NCBI GenBank assembly: GCA_944322255.1
Contig: CALUOK010000005.1
Coordinates: 18,286 to 82,285, forward strand
DNA: 64,000 nucleotides
Source: Candidatus Methanomethylophilaceae archaeon
GTDB lineage: Archaea > Thermoplasmatota > Thermoplasmata > Methanomassiliicoccales > Methanomethylophilaceae
Direction: 5' to 3'
This document shows positions 45,335 to 54,072 of this stretch, in pieces (the stretch's first letter is position 1; each line of letters opens with the position of its first letter). A program made the translations under genes and the position numbers. The notes under the pieces are model-generated. The model was not told where the DNA came from. It was given only the letters and a program-made list of their open reading frames with translations, and ran no database searches.

Positions 45335-46156
45335 ATGCTCAGACTAGGCTGGTTCTCCACCGGAAGGGGCCCCGGATCGCGCAACCTCCTCAAGGCCGTC
45401 ATGGACAAGAAGGAGCAGGGTGAGCTCGACATCGAGATATCGTTCGTCTTCTGCAACTGGGACAACGACGAGGAGGACAACCCCAAGAGGGAGCAGAGGC
45501 AGATCTTCTTCGACATGGTGGAGGGCTACGGCATCCCGCTGGTCACGCTCTCCTGGAAGAGGTTCATGCCCGAGCTCTGGAAGGAGGACCAGACAGCCTG
45601 GAGGAACGAGTACGGAAAGGAGCTCAGGAGGCTCACCTCCCAGCACCCCTTCGACCTCGGCATCCTCGCGGGATACATGCTGTGGATGGACGACGAGACC
45701 TGCAGGGAGTACGACATGCTGAACCTGCACCCGGCCCTGCCGGACGGGCCCAAGGGCACCTGGCAGGAGGTCATCTGGCAGCTCATCTCCGAGGACGCGG
45801 AGAGGCAGGGCGCCATGATGCACATCTGCACCGAGGAGTGGGACCGCGGGGCCGCGATCACCTACTGCGGGTTCCCCATCAGGGGCGGCGACTACGACGC
45901 CCTCTGGGAGGGCATGCACGAGAAGCTCGGTACCAGGACGCTCGACCAGATCAAGGCCGAGGAGGGCCAGGACGAGCCCCTGTTCAGGAGGATCAGGGAG
46001 GACGGCGCCATGCGCGAGCTGCCCCTGATCGTCGCCACCATCGGCGCGTTCGCCGACGGGAGGGTCAGGATCGAAGACAAGAAGCTTTACGCCGGTGACA
46101 GGCGCCTGGACGGCCCGTACGACCTGTCCGAGCAGGTCGACGCGGCCCTGGAGTGA
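45335..46156 (+). CDS. Formyltransferase-fold protein (PurN-like)
   Basis: 273 aa. MLNLHPALPDGPKG corresponds to the N-x-HPSLLP catalytic loop of formyltransferases. Longer than PurN, with an extra C-terminal region. Confidence 0.7.
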   Translation: MLRLGWFSTGRGPGSRNLLKAVMDKKEQGELDIEISFVFCNWDNDEEDNPKREQRQIFFDMVEGYGIPLVTLSWKRFMPELWKEDQTAWRNEYGKELRRLTSQHPFDLGILAGYMLWMDDETCREYDMLNLHPALPDGPKGTWQEVIWQLISEDAERQGAMMHICTEEWDRGAAITYCGFPIRGGDYDALWEGMHEKLGTRTLDQIKAEEGQDEPLFRRIREDGAMRELPLIVATIGAFADGRVRIEDKKLYAGDRRLDGPYDLSEQVDAALE

Positions 46157-47271
46157 CCCACATGCCCGGAGAGTTCGACCCCGCGGAGGAACTGGGCCTG
46201 TTCCCGGACAGGATATTCGTCACCAACTGTCGCGGATTCATCACGATGAACAACTACCTGAGGGACCTGTGCGCCAGGTTCATCCGCAACGGGGCGCACT
46301 TCTACGACGTCATGCTCAGGTACGACGAGCTCACCGCGTACGTTCTCGGCAGGGAGGAGGCGACCGCGGGGAACGTCATCAAATGGGTGGTGCCGTTCCT
46401 GAAGGCCCACGGGGCCACCAACCACCTGGTGAAGACCTTCGGGAGGGAGGACCTCAGGCTGATGCCCGGCGCCACCACCGCGATGCGCTACATATCCAGC
46501 CAGATGCCGTCATTCCTCACCACGTCGATATTCGAGCACGGCATGATGGACATCTCCGACGAGCTGAACGTCCCCACCGTTGAGACCGCCTGCTCCAAGA
46601 TGGACCTCGACACCGTGCAGTTCAGCAGGACCGAGGCCAGGAAGCTCAGGGAGATGACCGAGATGGTCTCGTCCCTGAGGATCCCCAGGGTCGAATACGA
46701 GCTGAACGTCCCCATGGAGGTGGACGAGGCCGATGTGAGGATCATCAGGACTCTGGACGACATCCTCCACGACAGGATCCCGGAACTGAACGCCATGAGC
46801 CTCATGGAGTCAGTCACGCCCGTGACCTCCCACAAGAAGGCCTACCAGCTGCTGGACATCAGGCGCCAGACGAACATCGACCTGGACAGCACGTTCTACA
46901 TCGGCGGCGACAACACCGACTTCCAGGCGCTGGACCTGGTCAGGGACAGCGGCGGCGTGGCGGTGTCGTTCAACGGGACGGACTTCGCCGTCAGGGGGAG
47001 CACCATAGCGATCCTGTCCAAGGACTCCACCGTGGGCGCCGTTTTCGCGGAGCAGTTCTTCAGCCGCGGGATCGAGTCGGTGCTGGACCTGGCCCGCAAC
47101 TGGGACAGGAAGTACCTGAAGGAGGCGGAGTTCCCGGACAGGAACCTGGTGGATGCCATGCTCGCGGCTCATCCCAGGAAGCTTCCGGAAGTGTACATCG
47201 TCGACAGGAAGAACGTGGACGAGGTCGCCGCCAAGAGCGCCGCCTACAGGAAGAAGCTCCTCGGCCCGTGA
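46153..47271 (+). CDS. Conserved archaeal protein with HAD-like C-terminal motif (possibly EhaR-like; assignment tentative)
   Basis: 372 aa. IGGDNTDFQALDLV resembles HAD motif III/IV, but motif I appears degenerate (FVTNCRG). GTG 46153 overlaps the upstream stop (GTGA), and ATG 46162 is an alternative. Confidence 0.6.
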   Translation: MTHMPGEFDPAEELGLFPDRIFVTNCRGFITMNNYLRDLCARFIRNGAHFYDVMLRYDELTAYVLGREEATAGNVIKWVVPFLKAHGATNHLVKTFGREDLRLMPGATTAMRYISSQMPSFLTTSIFEHGMMDISDELNVPTVETACSKMDLDTVQFSRTEARKLREMTEMVSSLRIPRVEYELNVPMEVDEADVRIIRTLDDILHDRIPELNAMSLMESVTPVTSHKKAYQLLDIRRQTNIDLDSTFYIGGDNTDFQALDLVRDSGGVAVSFNGTDFAVRGSTIAILSKDSTVGAVFAEQFFSRGIESVLDLARNWDRKYLKEAEFPDRNLVDAMLAAHPRKLPEVYIVDRKNVDEVAAKSAAYRKKLLGP

Positions 47272-47274
47272 ACC

Positions 47275-47558
47275 TTGGAAGCGGATGCAGTTGCCAGACA
47301 GCCTCGATTCCAAGAGGTTCTAACTTTCCGACGATGAGACGGGAAGTCCGAGTGCACCGTGACTTTCCACAGGCCGATGCACCGGAACCGCCCCCGACAG
47401 GAGGATGGCAGAATCCAATCGATCCGGATCAGACGCCGTAAGGGGCGATCCGATTCGTGATCGAGACCCAGAGGGCCAAGATCACGACAGTCATCTGTTG
47501 AGGATGGGGTCCGATCCGTCTCGAGAATCCGGTCCCCTTGGGGACCGTCGCATTCTCC
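47275..47558 (-). ncRNA. Candidate structured non-coding RNA, family unassigned
   Basis: No credible ORF. Several perfect hairpins are described in the findings. An ATTTATAC box on the minus strand (47582-47589) lies about 24 nt upstream of the base of the longest hairpin. Strand and ends are tentative. Confidence 0.3.
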
Positions 47559-47650
47559 TATGATGCTACAACGCAATCGTAGTATAAATCCATAACCGTA
47601 TCAAGATGCGGAAAACCCCATGGAACGAGACGACGATGTCCAAAACAGGA

Positions 47651-47726
47651 TGGTGCTCTGGTCGGGATTCGAACCCGAGTGTCGGCCTCGAAAGGGCCGA
47701 ATGATTGGCCGCTACACTACCAGAGC
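47651..47726 (-). tRNA. tRNA-Glu (anticodon UUC) with encoded CCA
   Basis: Perfect acceptor stem GCUCUGG/CCAGAGC, anticodon stem CGGCC/GGCCG with loop CUUUCGA, and T-arm UCGGG-UUCGAAU-CCCGA. An A/T-rich box lies about 25-35 nt upstream. Confidence 0.9.
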
Positions 47727-47830
47727 GTAAGCAGAGCCATCGCACCCTTGTTTATAATGATTATTATCGTAAGCCTGCTCCGGGCGGCGCTTGGATGCAG
47801 CAACGGCCTTTAAAATGCCCTGCGAAACCT

Positions 47831-47840
47831 TTTTTATATC
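47831..47840 (+). promoter_or_regulatory. BRE/TATA (GCGAAACC-TTTTTATATC) upstream of aIF1A
   Basis: A CGAAA element is followed by a consensus-like TATA box 35-44 nt before ATG 47875. Confidence 0.5.
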
Positions 47841-47874
47841 ATCCCTTTAATGGAAGTACATCGGAGTGAGAATC

Positions 47875-48204
47875 ATGGCCGACAATGAACCGCTTGAGAG
47901 CCCGGATGAGGACGTAACACGTGTACGTCTGCCCAATATCAAGGAAGGTGAGATGTTCGGGATAGCGGATCAGCTTCTCGGTGCATCCAAGATCAAAGTC
48001 ATGTGCGAGGACGGAGTCTCCCGCGTGGGACGCATCCCCGGCAAGATCAAGAAGAGGATGTGGATAAGGGAGGGCGACCTCCTGATCATCTCCGTCTGGG
48101 ACTTCCAGCCCGACAAGTGCGACGTCAGGTTCAGGTACACCAAGACCCAGGCAGTCAACCTCAGCAAGAGGGGCAAGGTCCCGAAGAACCTTGACATATT
48201 CTGA
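47875..48204 (+). CDS. eif1a: Translation initiation factor aIF-1A
   Basis: S1-like OB-fold sequence (GEMFGIADQLLGASKIKVMCEDGVSRVGRIPGKIKKRMWIREGD). Start at ATG 47875; the track starts at GTG 47866. Confidence 0.9.
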   Translation: MADNEPLESPDEDVTRVRLPNIKEGEMFGIADQLLGASKIKVMCEDGVSRVGRIPGKIKKRMWIREGDLLIISVWDFQPDKCDVRFRYTKTQAVNLSKRGKVPKNLDIF

Positions 48205-48218
48205 GAGGGGAACACCAC

Positions 48219-49022
48219 ATGACCTCCTACGAGGAGGCGTACGCATACCTCGAGAGGCATGTGGACGCCCTCAAAACCAACCGCACCGGCGACGAGCGTC
48301 AGACCGATGCGGAGGTCTTCGACAAGAAGACCCTTCTCACCATCTACGACATGATGACCGCGGGGTACATCGACCTTGTCCACTACCCCGTGTCCACCGG
48401 CAAGGAGGGGAACGTCTTCTACGTCACCGACGAGGACGGGGAGGCCTTCGCCCTCAAGATCTTCCGCACGTCCACATCCACCTTCAAGAGGGTGTCCAAG
48501 TACGTGGAGGGCGACCCCAGGTTCAGGGGCGTCACCGGCAACAGGTGGAAGATGATCTACGCCTGGGTGAACAAGGAGTTCAAGAACCTCATGAGGTACA
48601 GCGACGCGGGCATCCCCGTGCCGGAGCCCGTGACCTTCGCGCAGAACTGCCTGCTGATGGAGTACATCGGCGACGAGAGCGGCCCCTGCCCCCAGCTGAA
48701 GGACGTGGTCCTGGACGACCCGACGGACACGTACGACGAGGTCATATCGTTCATCATAGACGGATGGAAGGACGCCCATCTGGTCCACGGGGACCTTAGC
48801 GAGTACAACATCCTGATGCAGGACGGCCAGCCCATAATGATTGACGTGGGACAGGCCATGACCACCGACCACTACAACTCGAAGGAGCTTCTGGAGAGGG
48901 ACATCAGGAACATCAACGCGTTCTTCAGGAGGAGGGGCGCGGACGTCATCGACGACAAGGTGGTCTTCGAGGAGACCGTCAACGGCAAGGACGATGACGA
49001 CGAGGAGGAGGACGAGGAATGA
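48219..49022 (+). CDS. rio1: RIO-type serine kinase (Rio1)
   Basis: STGKEGNVF nucleotide loop and LVHGDLSEYNIL catalytic loop, with an acidic C-terminal tail. Confidence 0.9.
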   Translation: MTSYEEAYAYLERHVDALKTNRTGDERQTDAEVFDKKTLLTIYDMMTAGYIDLVHYPVSTGKEGNVFYVTDEDGEAFALKIFRTSTSTFKRVSKYVEGDPRFRGVTGNRWKMIYAWVNKEFKNLMRYSDAGIPVPEPVTFAQNCLLMEYIGDESGPCPQLKDVVLDDPTDTYDEVISFIIDGWKDAHLVHGDLSEYNILMQDGQPIMIDVGQAMTTDHYNSKELLERDIRNINAFFRRRGADVIDDKVVFEETVNGKDDDDEEEDEE

Positions 49023-49567
49023 GATCCATCAGGATTCCCGCCGACAGGGTGGGAACGCTCATCGGAAAGAACGGGGAGACGAAGAAGACGCTCCAGAGCA
49101 TTTCCGGAATCAAGCTTGACATAGACACGGAGGAGGGCGAGGTCCTCATCCACGACGACGTGGAGCTGGAGGACCCCGTCATGGCCCTGAAGATCCAGGA
49201 CGTCGTCAAGGCCGTCGGCAGGGGGTTCAACCCCGACAAGGCCATGAGGCTGTTCGACGACGACGAGTACCTGGAGGTCGTGGACCTCAAGGATTTCGTC
49301 GGCGACAGGAGCAACCAGATCGTGAGGATCAGGGGCAGGCTCATCGGCAAGGACGGCAAGACCCGCAGGATCATCGAGGACCTGACGGGATGCGACATGG
49401 TCATCTACGGCAACACGGTCTCGCTGATCGGCAACTCCATCAGCCTGCCGGTCGCCAAGCACGCCGTAGAGCTCATCCTCCAGGGCAGCGAGCACGCCAC
49501 GGTATACCACTACCTGGAGAGCCAGCGCCCCAGGCTGAGGATCGCCGAGATGGGGTTCGACCTCTGA
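49019..49567 (+). CDS. KH-domain RNA-binding protein (archaeal Dim2/Pno1 homologue)
   Basis: Two KH GxxG loops (IGKNGETKK and IGKDGKTRR). ATGA overlap with rio1, in the conserved aIF1A-Rio1-KH order. Confidence 0.85.
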   Translation: MRSIRIPADRVGTLIGKNGETKKTLQSISGIKLDIDTEEGEVLIHDDVELEDPVMALKIQDVVKAVGRGFNPDKAMRLFDDDEYLEVVDLKDFVGDRSNQIVRIRGRLIGKDGKTRRIIEDLTGCDMVIYGNTVSLIGNSISLPVAKHAVELILQGSEHATVYHYLESQRPRLRIAEMGFDL

Positions 49568-49576
49568 GGTGGTCCC

Positions 49577-50800
49577 ATGGAGGAGTGGATCTACGAGAAC
49601 CACGACAAGGCCAGGGCCCTGGCCGAGATGGGGCTGTGCGACCACTGCCTCGGACGCATGTTCGGGAAGATCGGCACCGGCACCACCAACGTGAACAGGG
49701 GACTGGCCATCCGCGAGGCCCTCTCCGAGGAGGGGATCGACGCGCCGGCGGCGGACTTCTGCCCCCTGTGCGAGAACGTCTTCGACCTGCTGGACAGGTT
49801 CGCCGACGCCGCCGTGGAGGCCATGGAGGGCATAGAGTCCGACAACTTCCTCATCGGCACCAGGGTGGAGCCGGAGATAGCCCAGAGGGAGAAGGAGCTG
49901 TGGGAGCAGTACCAGCTGGAGAACGCCGAGGCCATCAAGACCGAGCTGAACCGCGAGATCGGGAAGCTGGCGCTCCCCAGGATGCACCGCCCCGTGGAGT
50001 TCAAGAACCCCCAGGTGGTGGCGCTCGTGGACACCCGCTTCGCCGACGTGTCCGTCGACATCGCGCCGATCTTCATCGCCGGACGCTACAACAAGTTCAG
50101 CCGCGAGATCCCCCAGACCATATGGCCCTGCAGAGTATGCCACGGCAAGGGGTGCGACCACTGCCACGGCAAGGGCAAGATGTACGACACCTCCGTCCAG
50201 GAGATAATCGGAGACGTGGCCCTGGAGATGACCGGGGGGAGGGAGCACTTCTTCCACGGCATGGGCAGGGAGGACATCGACGCCCGCATGCTCGGGGACG
50301 GCAGGCCGTTCGTGCTGGAGATCAGCAGCCCCAGGACCAGGCACATAGACCTGGACGAGCTCAAGAGGAGGTCGGACAACGAGCTGGCCGCCTTCCAGGA
50401 CCTGCACTACGTGCAGCGCGAGGCCGTGGAGAGGTACAAGGAGGCCGCCGCGGACAAGGTGTACCGCGTGCACGTGCTCGCAGAGGGTAAAGTTAATAAA
50501 GAGGCAGTAGTTGAGGTTGCCTTATCGTTCAAGAACGCCAATATAGATCAGAGGACTCCACGCCGTGTCGAGCACAGAAGGGCCGACCTGGTGAGGAAGA
50601 GGATGATCCATTGGGTGGAGGCGGACGCGATAACCGACGACTCGTTCGATCTCGAACTGGAGACCGACTCGGGTACGTACGTGAAGGAGTTCGTGTCCGG
50701 CGACGACGGACGCAGCACGCCGAGCTTCTCCGAGAGGCTGGGTGTGCAGTGCAGGGTCGAGACGCTCGATGTGTTGGCGATCAACTATCACGAACCATGA
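49577..50800 (+). CDS. pus10: tRNA pseudouridine synthase Pus10
   Basis: 407 aa. N-terminal zinc-ribbon/THUMP-like region (CDHCLGR, CPLC, CRVCHGKGCDHCHGKG) and catalytic GREDIDARMLGDGRPF. Confidence 0.9.
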   Translation: MEEWIYENHDKARALAEMGLCDHCLGRMFGKIGTGTTNVNRGLAIREALSEEGIDAPAADFCPLCENVFDLLDRFADAAVEAMEGIESDNFLIGTRVEPEIAQREKELWEQYQLENAEAIKTELNREIGKLALPRMHRPVEFKNPQVVALVDTRFADVSVDIAPIFIAGRYNKFSREIPQTIWPCRVCHGKGCDHCHGKGKMYDTSVQEIIGDVALEMTGGREHFFHGMGREDIDARMLGDGRPFVLEISSPRTRHIDLDELKRRSDNELAAFQDLHYVQREAVERYKEAAADKVYRVHVLAEGKVNKEAVVEVALSFKNANIDQRTPRRVEHRRADLVRKRMIHWVEADAITDDSFDLELETDSGTYVKEFVSGDDGRSTPSFSERLGVQCRVETLDVLAINYHEP

Positions 50801-50809
50801 GGGATTGAA

Positions 50810-51103
50810 ATGCAGAGATCCAGAGGAACAAGGACGAAGACCCGCAACGTCCTGAAGAAGAAGGCAAGGGCACGCGGCCTTTCGCCCATCACCAAAGGCC
50901 TTCAGACATTCGAGGCCGGAGAGAAGGTCAACATCGTCATCGACCCCAGCATCCATAAGGGCATGCCGTTCTCCAGGTTCCACGGACTCACCGGAGTCGT
51001 CATCGGAGCCAGGGGAAGCGCCTACGAGGTCAGTGTCAAGGACGGCAACAAGACCAAGATCGTCGTCGCCCGCCCCGAGCACCTTGTGAAGAACGTCAAC
51101 TGA
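50810..51103 (+). CDS. rpl21e: 50S ribosomal protein L21e
   Basis: 97 aa. MQRSRGTRTKTR ... FHGLTGVV pattern of L21e. Confidence 0.9.
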   Translation: MQRSRGTRTKTRNVLKKKARARGLSPITKGLQTFEAGEKVNIVIDPSIHKGMPFSRFHGLTGVVIGARGSAYEVSVKDGNKTKIVVARPEHLVKNVN

Positions 51104-51118
51104 AACGGGTGAACGGAC

Positions 51119-51445
51119 ATGTCTGAGCAGTACGTCACACTGGCCGAAGTGAGAGACCTCCTCGAGGCGGAGGCGGAGATCAGAGGATACGACAACCTCC
51201 TCCAGTCGCAGAAGGCCGCACTGGACCATGCCCAGACGGTCTGCAGCATCTCCCTCGAGCAGGCCAACGCCATCATCGACGAGGTCAAGCAGATCGACAT
51301 CGTCAGCGATGCCGTTGCCCTGAAAATCGCGGACCTCCTCCCGCAGTACCCGGAGGACGTCCGCGCTATCTTTTCCAAAGAGAGGGTCACCCTCGACCAG
51401 GCCCAGATCCAGCAGATAATCGACATCGTCCAGAAGCACATCTGA
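51119..51445 (+). CDS. rpoF: DNA-directed RNA polymerase subunit F (Rpo4)
   Basis: 108 aa helical protein in the conserved L21e-RpoF-DUF655-KsgA context. Confidence 0.8.
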   Translation: MSEQYVTLAEVRDLLEAEAEIRGYDNLLQSQKAALDHAQTVCSISLEQANAIIDEVKQIDIVSDAVALKIADLLPQYPEDVRAIFSKERVTLDQAQIQQIIDIVQKHI

Positions 51446-51457
51446 GGATGAGGCATC

Positions 51458-52009
51458 ATGGAAGACTACGCCTACATCCTCGATTATCTGCCGCAGGGCG
51501 CCGCCGCCGGCGGGTTCTCCAAGAGGGAACCCGTGTGCTACGCCGTCGGGGACGAGGAGTTCAAGCTTTTCGAACTCGTCCCCAAGGCCGGGGCCCAGGT
51601 GGACATCGGGGTCAGGACCTACATCGGCAAGGACTCGGCCGAGGTCAAGCGCGACATGATAGACCATGTCAAGAGGCGCATCAACTACAACGACCTCACC
51701 AACAACGCCCAGGCCGAGCTCGAGTACGCCGTCAGCGACATCGTCGTCGCGAAGCAGGACAGGTTCATCAGGTTCTTCAACGAGGCCGAGGGAATCAGCA
51801 TGCGCAAGCACATGCTGGAGGAGCTCCCCGGACTGGGGAAGAAGTCCATGAACGCCATCCTCGACGAGAGGAAGAAGGGCGGTTTCAAGGACTTCGCCGA
51901 CCTGGCCGAGAGGACCGGCGTCAAGAACCCCGAGAAGCTCATAGTCGCGCGCATCATGCTCGAGATCTCCGATCCCGAGAGGAAGCGCTACCTGTTCGTG
52001 TCGAGATGA
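51458..52009 (+). CDS. DUF655 protein (putative RNA-binding, OB plus HhH)
   Basis: MEDYAYILDYLPQG start typical of DUF655. The stop overlaps the ksgA start (ATGA). Confidence 0.8.
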   Translation: MEDYAYILDYLPQGAAAGGFSKREPVCYAVGDEEFKLFELVPKAGAQVDIGVRTYIGKDSAEVKRDMIDHVKRRINYNDLTNNAQAELEYAVSDIVVAKQDRFIRFFNEAEGISMRKHMLEELPGLGKKSMNAILDERKKGGFKDFADLAERTGVKNPEKLIVARIMLEISDPERKRYLFVSR

Positions 52010-52791
52010 CCGACACTGGCAGGCTGATCGCCGAGACCGGCATAGTCCCCAAGAAGAGCAAGGGACAGAACTTCCTGATAGACGGCAGGGTGGCCGACAG
52101 GCACATCTCCTACGCCGGCATCCGCGAAGGCGACAGGGTGCTGGAGGTCGGACCGGGACTGGGCATTCTCACGGAGCGCATGGCGGATCTCCCGTGCGAC
52201 CTGACGTGCATAGAGCTGGACGACATCCTGGCGGAGTACATCTCAGGGACCTACGGCGACAGGCTGAGGCTCATCCACGGAGACGCCGTGAAGGTGCCCT
52301 TCCCGGAGTTCGACGTCTTCGTCAGCAACCTGCCCTACAGCGTCTCCACCCCGATCATCTTCAAGCTCCTCGATCACGACTTCAGGACCGCCGTCGTCAT
52401 GGTCCAGAAGGAGTTCGCCGACCGCATGGTCGCCGACGTGGGCAGCCCGGACTACTCCAGGCTCACCGTCAACCTCTTCTACCGCGCCGAGTGCGAGATT
52501 ATGGAGACCGTCCCCGCATCCAGGTTCAACCCCAGGCCCAAGGTCGACTCCGCCCTCGTCAGGATCACCCCCAGGAAGGCGCCGTTCGACGTCCTGGACG
52601 AGAGGACGTTCTTCAGGGTGACGGAGGTCGCCTTCAACCACCGCAGGAAGAAGATCGGGACCTCCCTGAAGTCCGCAGGCATGGTCCGCCCCGGAGACGA
52701 CGTCCCCTACCTGGACGAGAGGATAGAGAACCTCCGCCCAGTGGAGATCGGCGAGATCGCCGACGCGGTCTACCGCGCATCATCCGGATGA
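52006..52791 (+). CDS. ksgA: 16S rRNA (adenine-N6,N6)-dimethyltransferase KsgA/Dim1
   Basis: Start at ATG 52006 within track ORF 51448..52791. SKGQNFL, VLEVGPGLGILT (SAM motif) and SNLPYSVSTPI. Confidence 0.9.
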   Translation: MTDTGRLIAETGIVPKKSKGQNFLIDGRVADRHISYAGIREGDRVLEVGPGLGILTERMADLPCDLTCIELDDILAEYISGTYGDRLRLIHGDAVKVPFPEFDVFVSNLPYSVSTPIIFKLLDHDFRTAVVMVQKEFADRMVADVGSPDYSRLTVNLFYRAECEIMETVPASRFNPRPKVDSALVRITPRKAPFDVLDERTFFRVTEVAFNHRRKKIGTSLKSAGMVRPGDDVPYLDERIENLRPVEIGEIADAVYRASSG

Positions 52792-52864
52792 TCCCGAACC
52801 TTCCGTCAGACCGTCTCCGACTCGCCAACTTGATATACAACATCTTGTATAATCGCGGAACATC

Positions 52865-53578
52865 ATGAAACATGACCACATCTGCAGGCGCATATTTGTC
52901 TTCGCGATGGGACTCCTGGTGATCTCGCTCAGCATAGGGTTCATCACGAAGGCGTCCCTGGGCACACCGCCCATATCGTCGATTCCGTACAGCCTGTCCC
53001 TCATCTTCCCGTCGCTCACCCTCGGGAACTTCACCATCATCTACAGCCTCCTGCTGGTTCTGCTGCAGCTCGTAATCCTCGGAAAGGAGGCGGACAAGGT
53101 CAGCCTCGGTCTCCAGGTCATCATCTCATTCGTCTTCGGATACTTCATAGACTTCGGTCTGATGATCCTCGGTGACTTCTCCCCCGAGATCTACTGGGAG
53201 AGGATCGCCTGCGTGCTCATCGGATGCTTCGGGCTCGCCTTCGGAGTCTACCTGCAGATCGTGGCGGACTTCACCATGGTCCCGGGAGACGGTTTCGCCT
53301 ACGCGCTCTCCGTCAAGATCAAGAGGAAGCCCTACAGGGTGGTCCGCGTGTGCTCCGATGTTACCATGATCGTCATCGCCGCCCTGATCGGGATGGTGGC
53401 CATGGGCACCCCCGGCGGCGTGCGCGAGGGCACGGTCATCTGCGCCCTCCTGATCGGGACCATAGCGGGCGTGTACTTCAGCAAGCTCTCGTGGCTCACG
53501 CGGAAGCTGTTCCCGGAGGACGAGCTCGACCAGTCCGTCATCGGCGGGGAGTCAGATGGTGCCAGCACAGGTAACTGA
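52865..53578 (+). CDS. YczE/YitT-like membrane protein (DUF6198-type)
   Basis: 237 aa with about six TM helices. GLLVISLSIGFITKASLGTPPISSIPYSLS resembles the YczE family N-terminus. Confidence 0.65.
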   Translation: MKHDHICRRIFVFAMGLLVISLSIGFITKASLGTPPISSIPYSLSLIFPSLTLGNFTIIYSLLLVLLQLVILGKEADKVSLGLQVIISFVFGYFIDFGLMILGDFSPEIYWERIACVLIGCFGLAFGVYLQIVADFTMVPGDGFAYALSVKIKRKPYRVVRVCSDVTMIVIAALIGMVAMGTPGGVREGTVICALLIGTIAGVYFSKLSWLTRKLFPEDELDQSVIGGESDGASTGN

Positions 53579-54029
53579 CGACGACTACCGCCTGACGGTC
53601 AGGAAGTTCCAGAGCGTCGCGAGGCGCATGATCCAGGGCAGGGACAGGGACCTGAAGGCCCTGGACCTGACCTCGATCCAGGCGGACGCGCTGGTGTTCT
53701 TCGACGGCAGGCCCAACTGCCAAATCAACGACCTGAGGGACCACCTCGAGGTGACCCACCAGGCCGCCTGCGGGCTCGTGGACCGCATGAGATCCAAGGG
53801 GCTCCTGGACGTGGCCGTTTCCGAGGAGGACGCCCGCGCCAGGACCGTGTCCCTGTCGGAGAACGGCAGGAGGGTCTGCGACGAGCTGAAGGCCAAGGGC
53901 AGCGACGCGGGCCACAGGAGCCTCGGCTGCCTCAGCCCCGAGGAGCTCATAGCGCTGTCCGACATGCTGGACCGCATCGCCGACTACACGGCCTCCCCCG
54001 CTCCGGACGGGCATCCGGCGGACGACTGA
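53556..54029 (+). CDS. MarR family transcriptional regulator
   Basis: 157 aa. wHTH INDLRDHLEVTHQAACGLVDRMRSKGLL. Overlaps the upstream membrane-protein gene by 23 nt. Confidence 0.8.
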   Translation: MVPAQVTDDDYRLTVRKFQSVARRMIQGRDRDLKALDLTSIQADALVFFDGRPNCQINDLRDHLEVTHQAACGLVDRMRSKGLLDVAVSEEDARARTVSLSENGRRVCDELKAKGSDAGHRSLGCLSPEELIALSDMLDRIADYTASPAPDGHPADD

Positions 54030-54072
54030 CCCAGAACCACATAAATGTGGAACCTCATATGGTCGCGATCAC

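Noticed and set aside
47272-47650. Assignment of the structured intergenic region to RNase P RNA, SRP (7S) RNA or 5S rRNA
   Set aside because: The GGAAAGUC-like element pairs locally as a simple hairpin, and I could not build a P4-type pairing with the GAGAAUCCGG segment. The SRP helix-8 GNAR-plus-AGCA motif is absent. The 5S-like GACCCCAUCC is not embedded in a 120-nt helix I to V layout.
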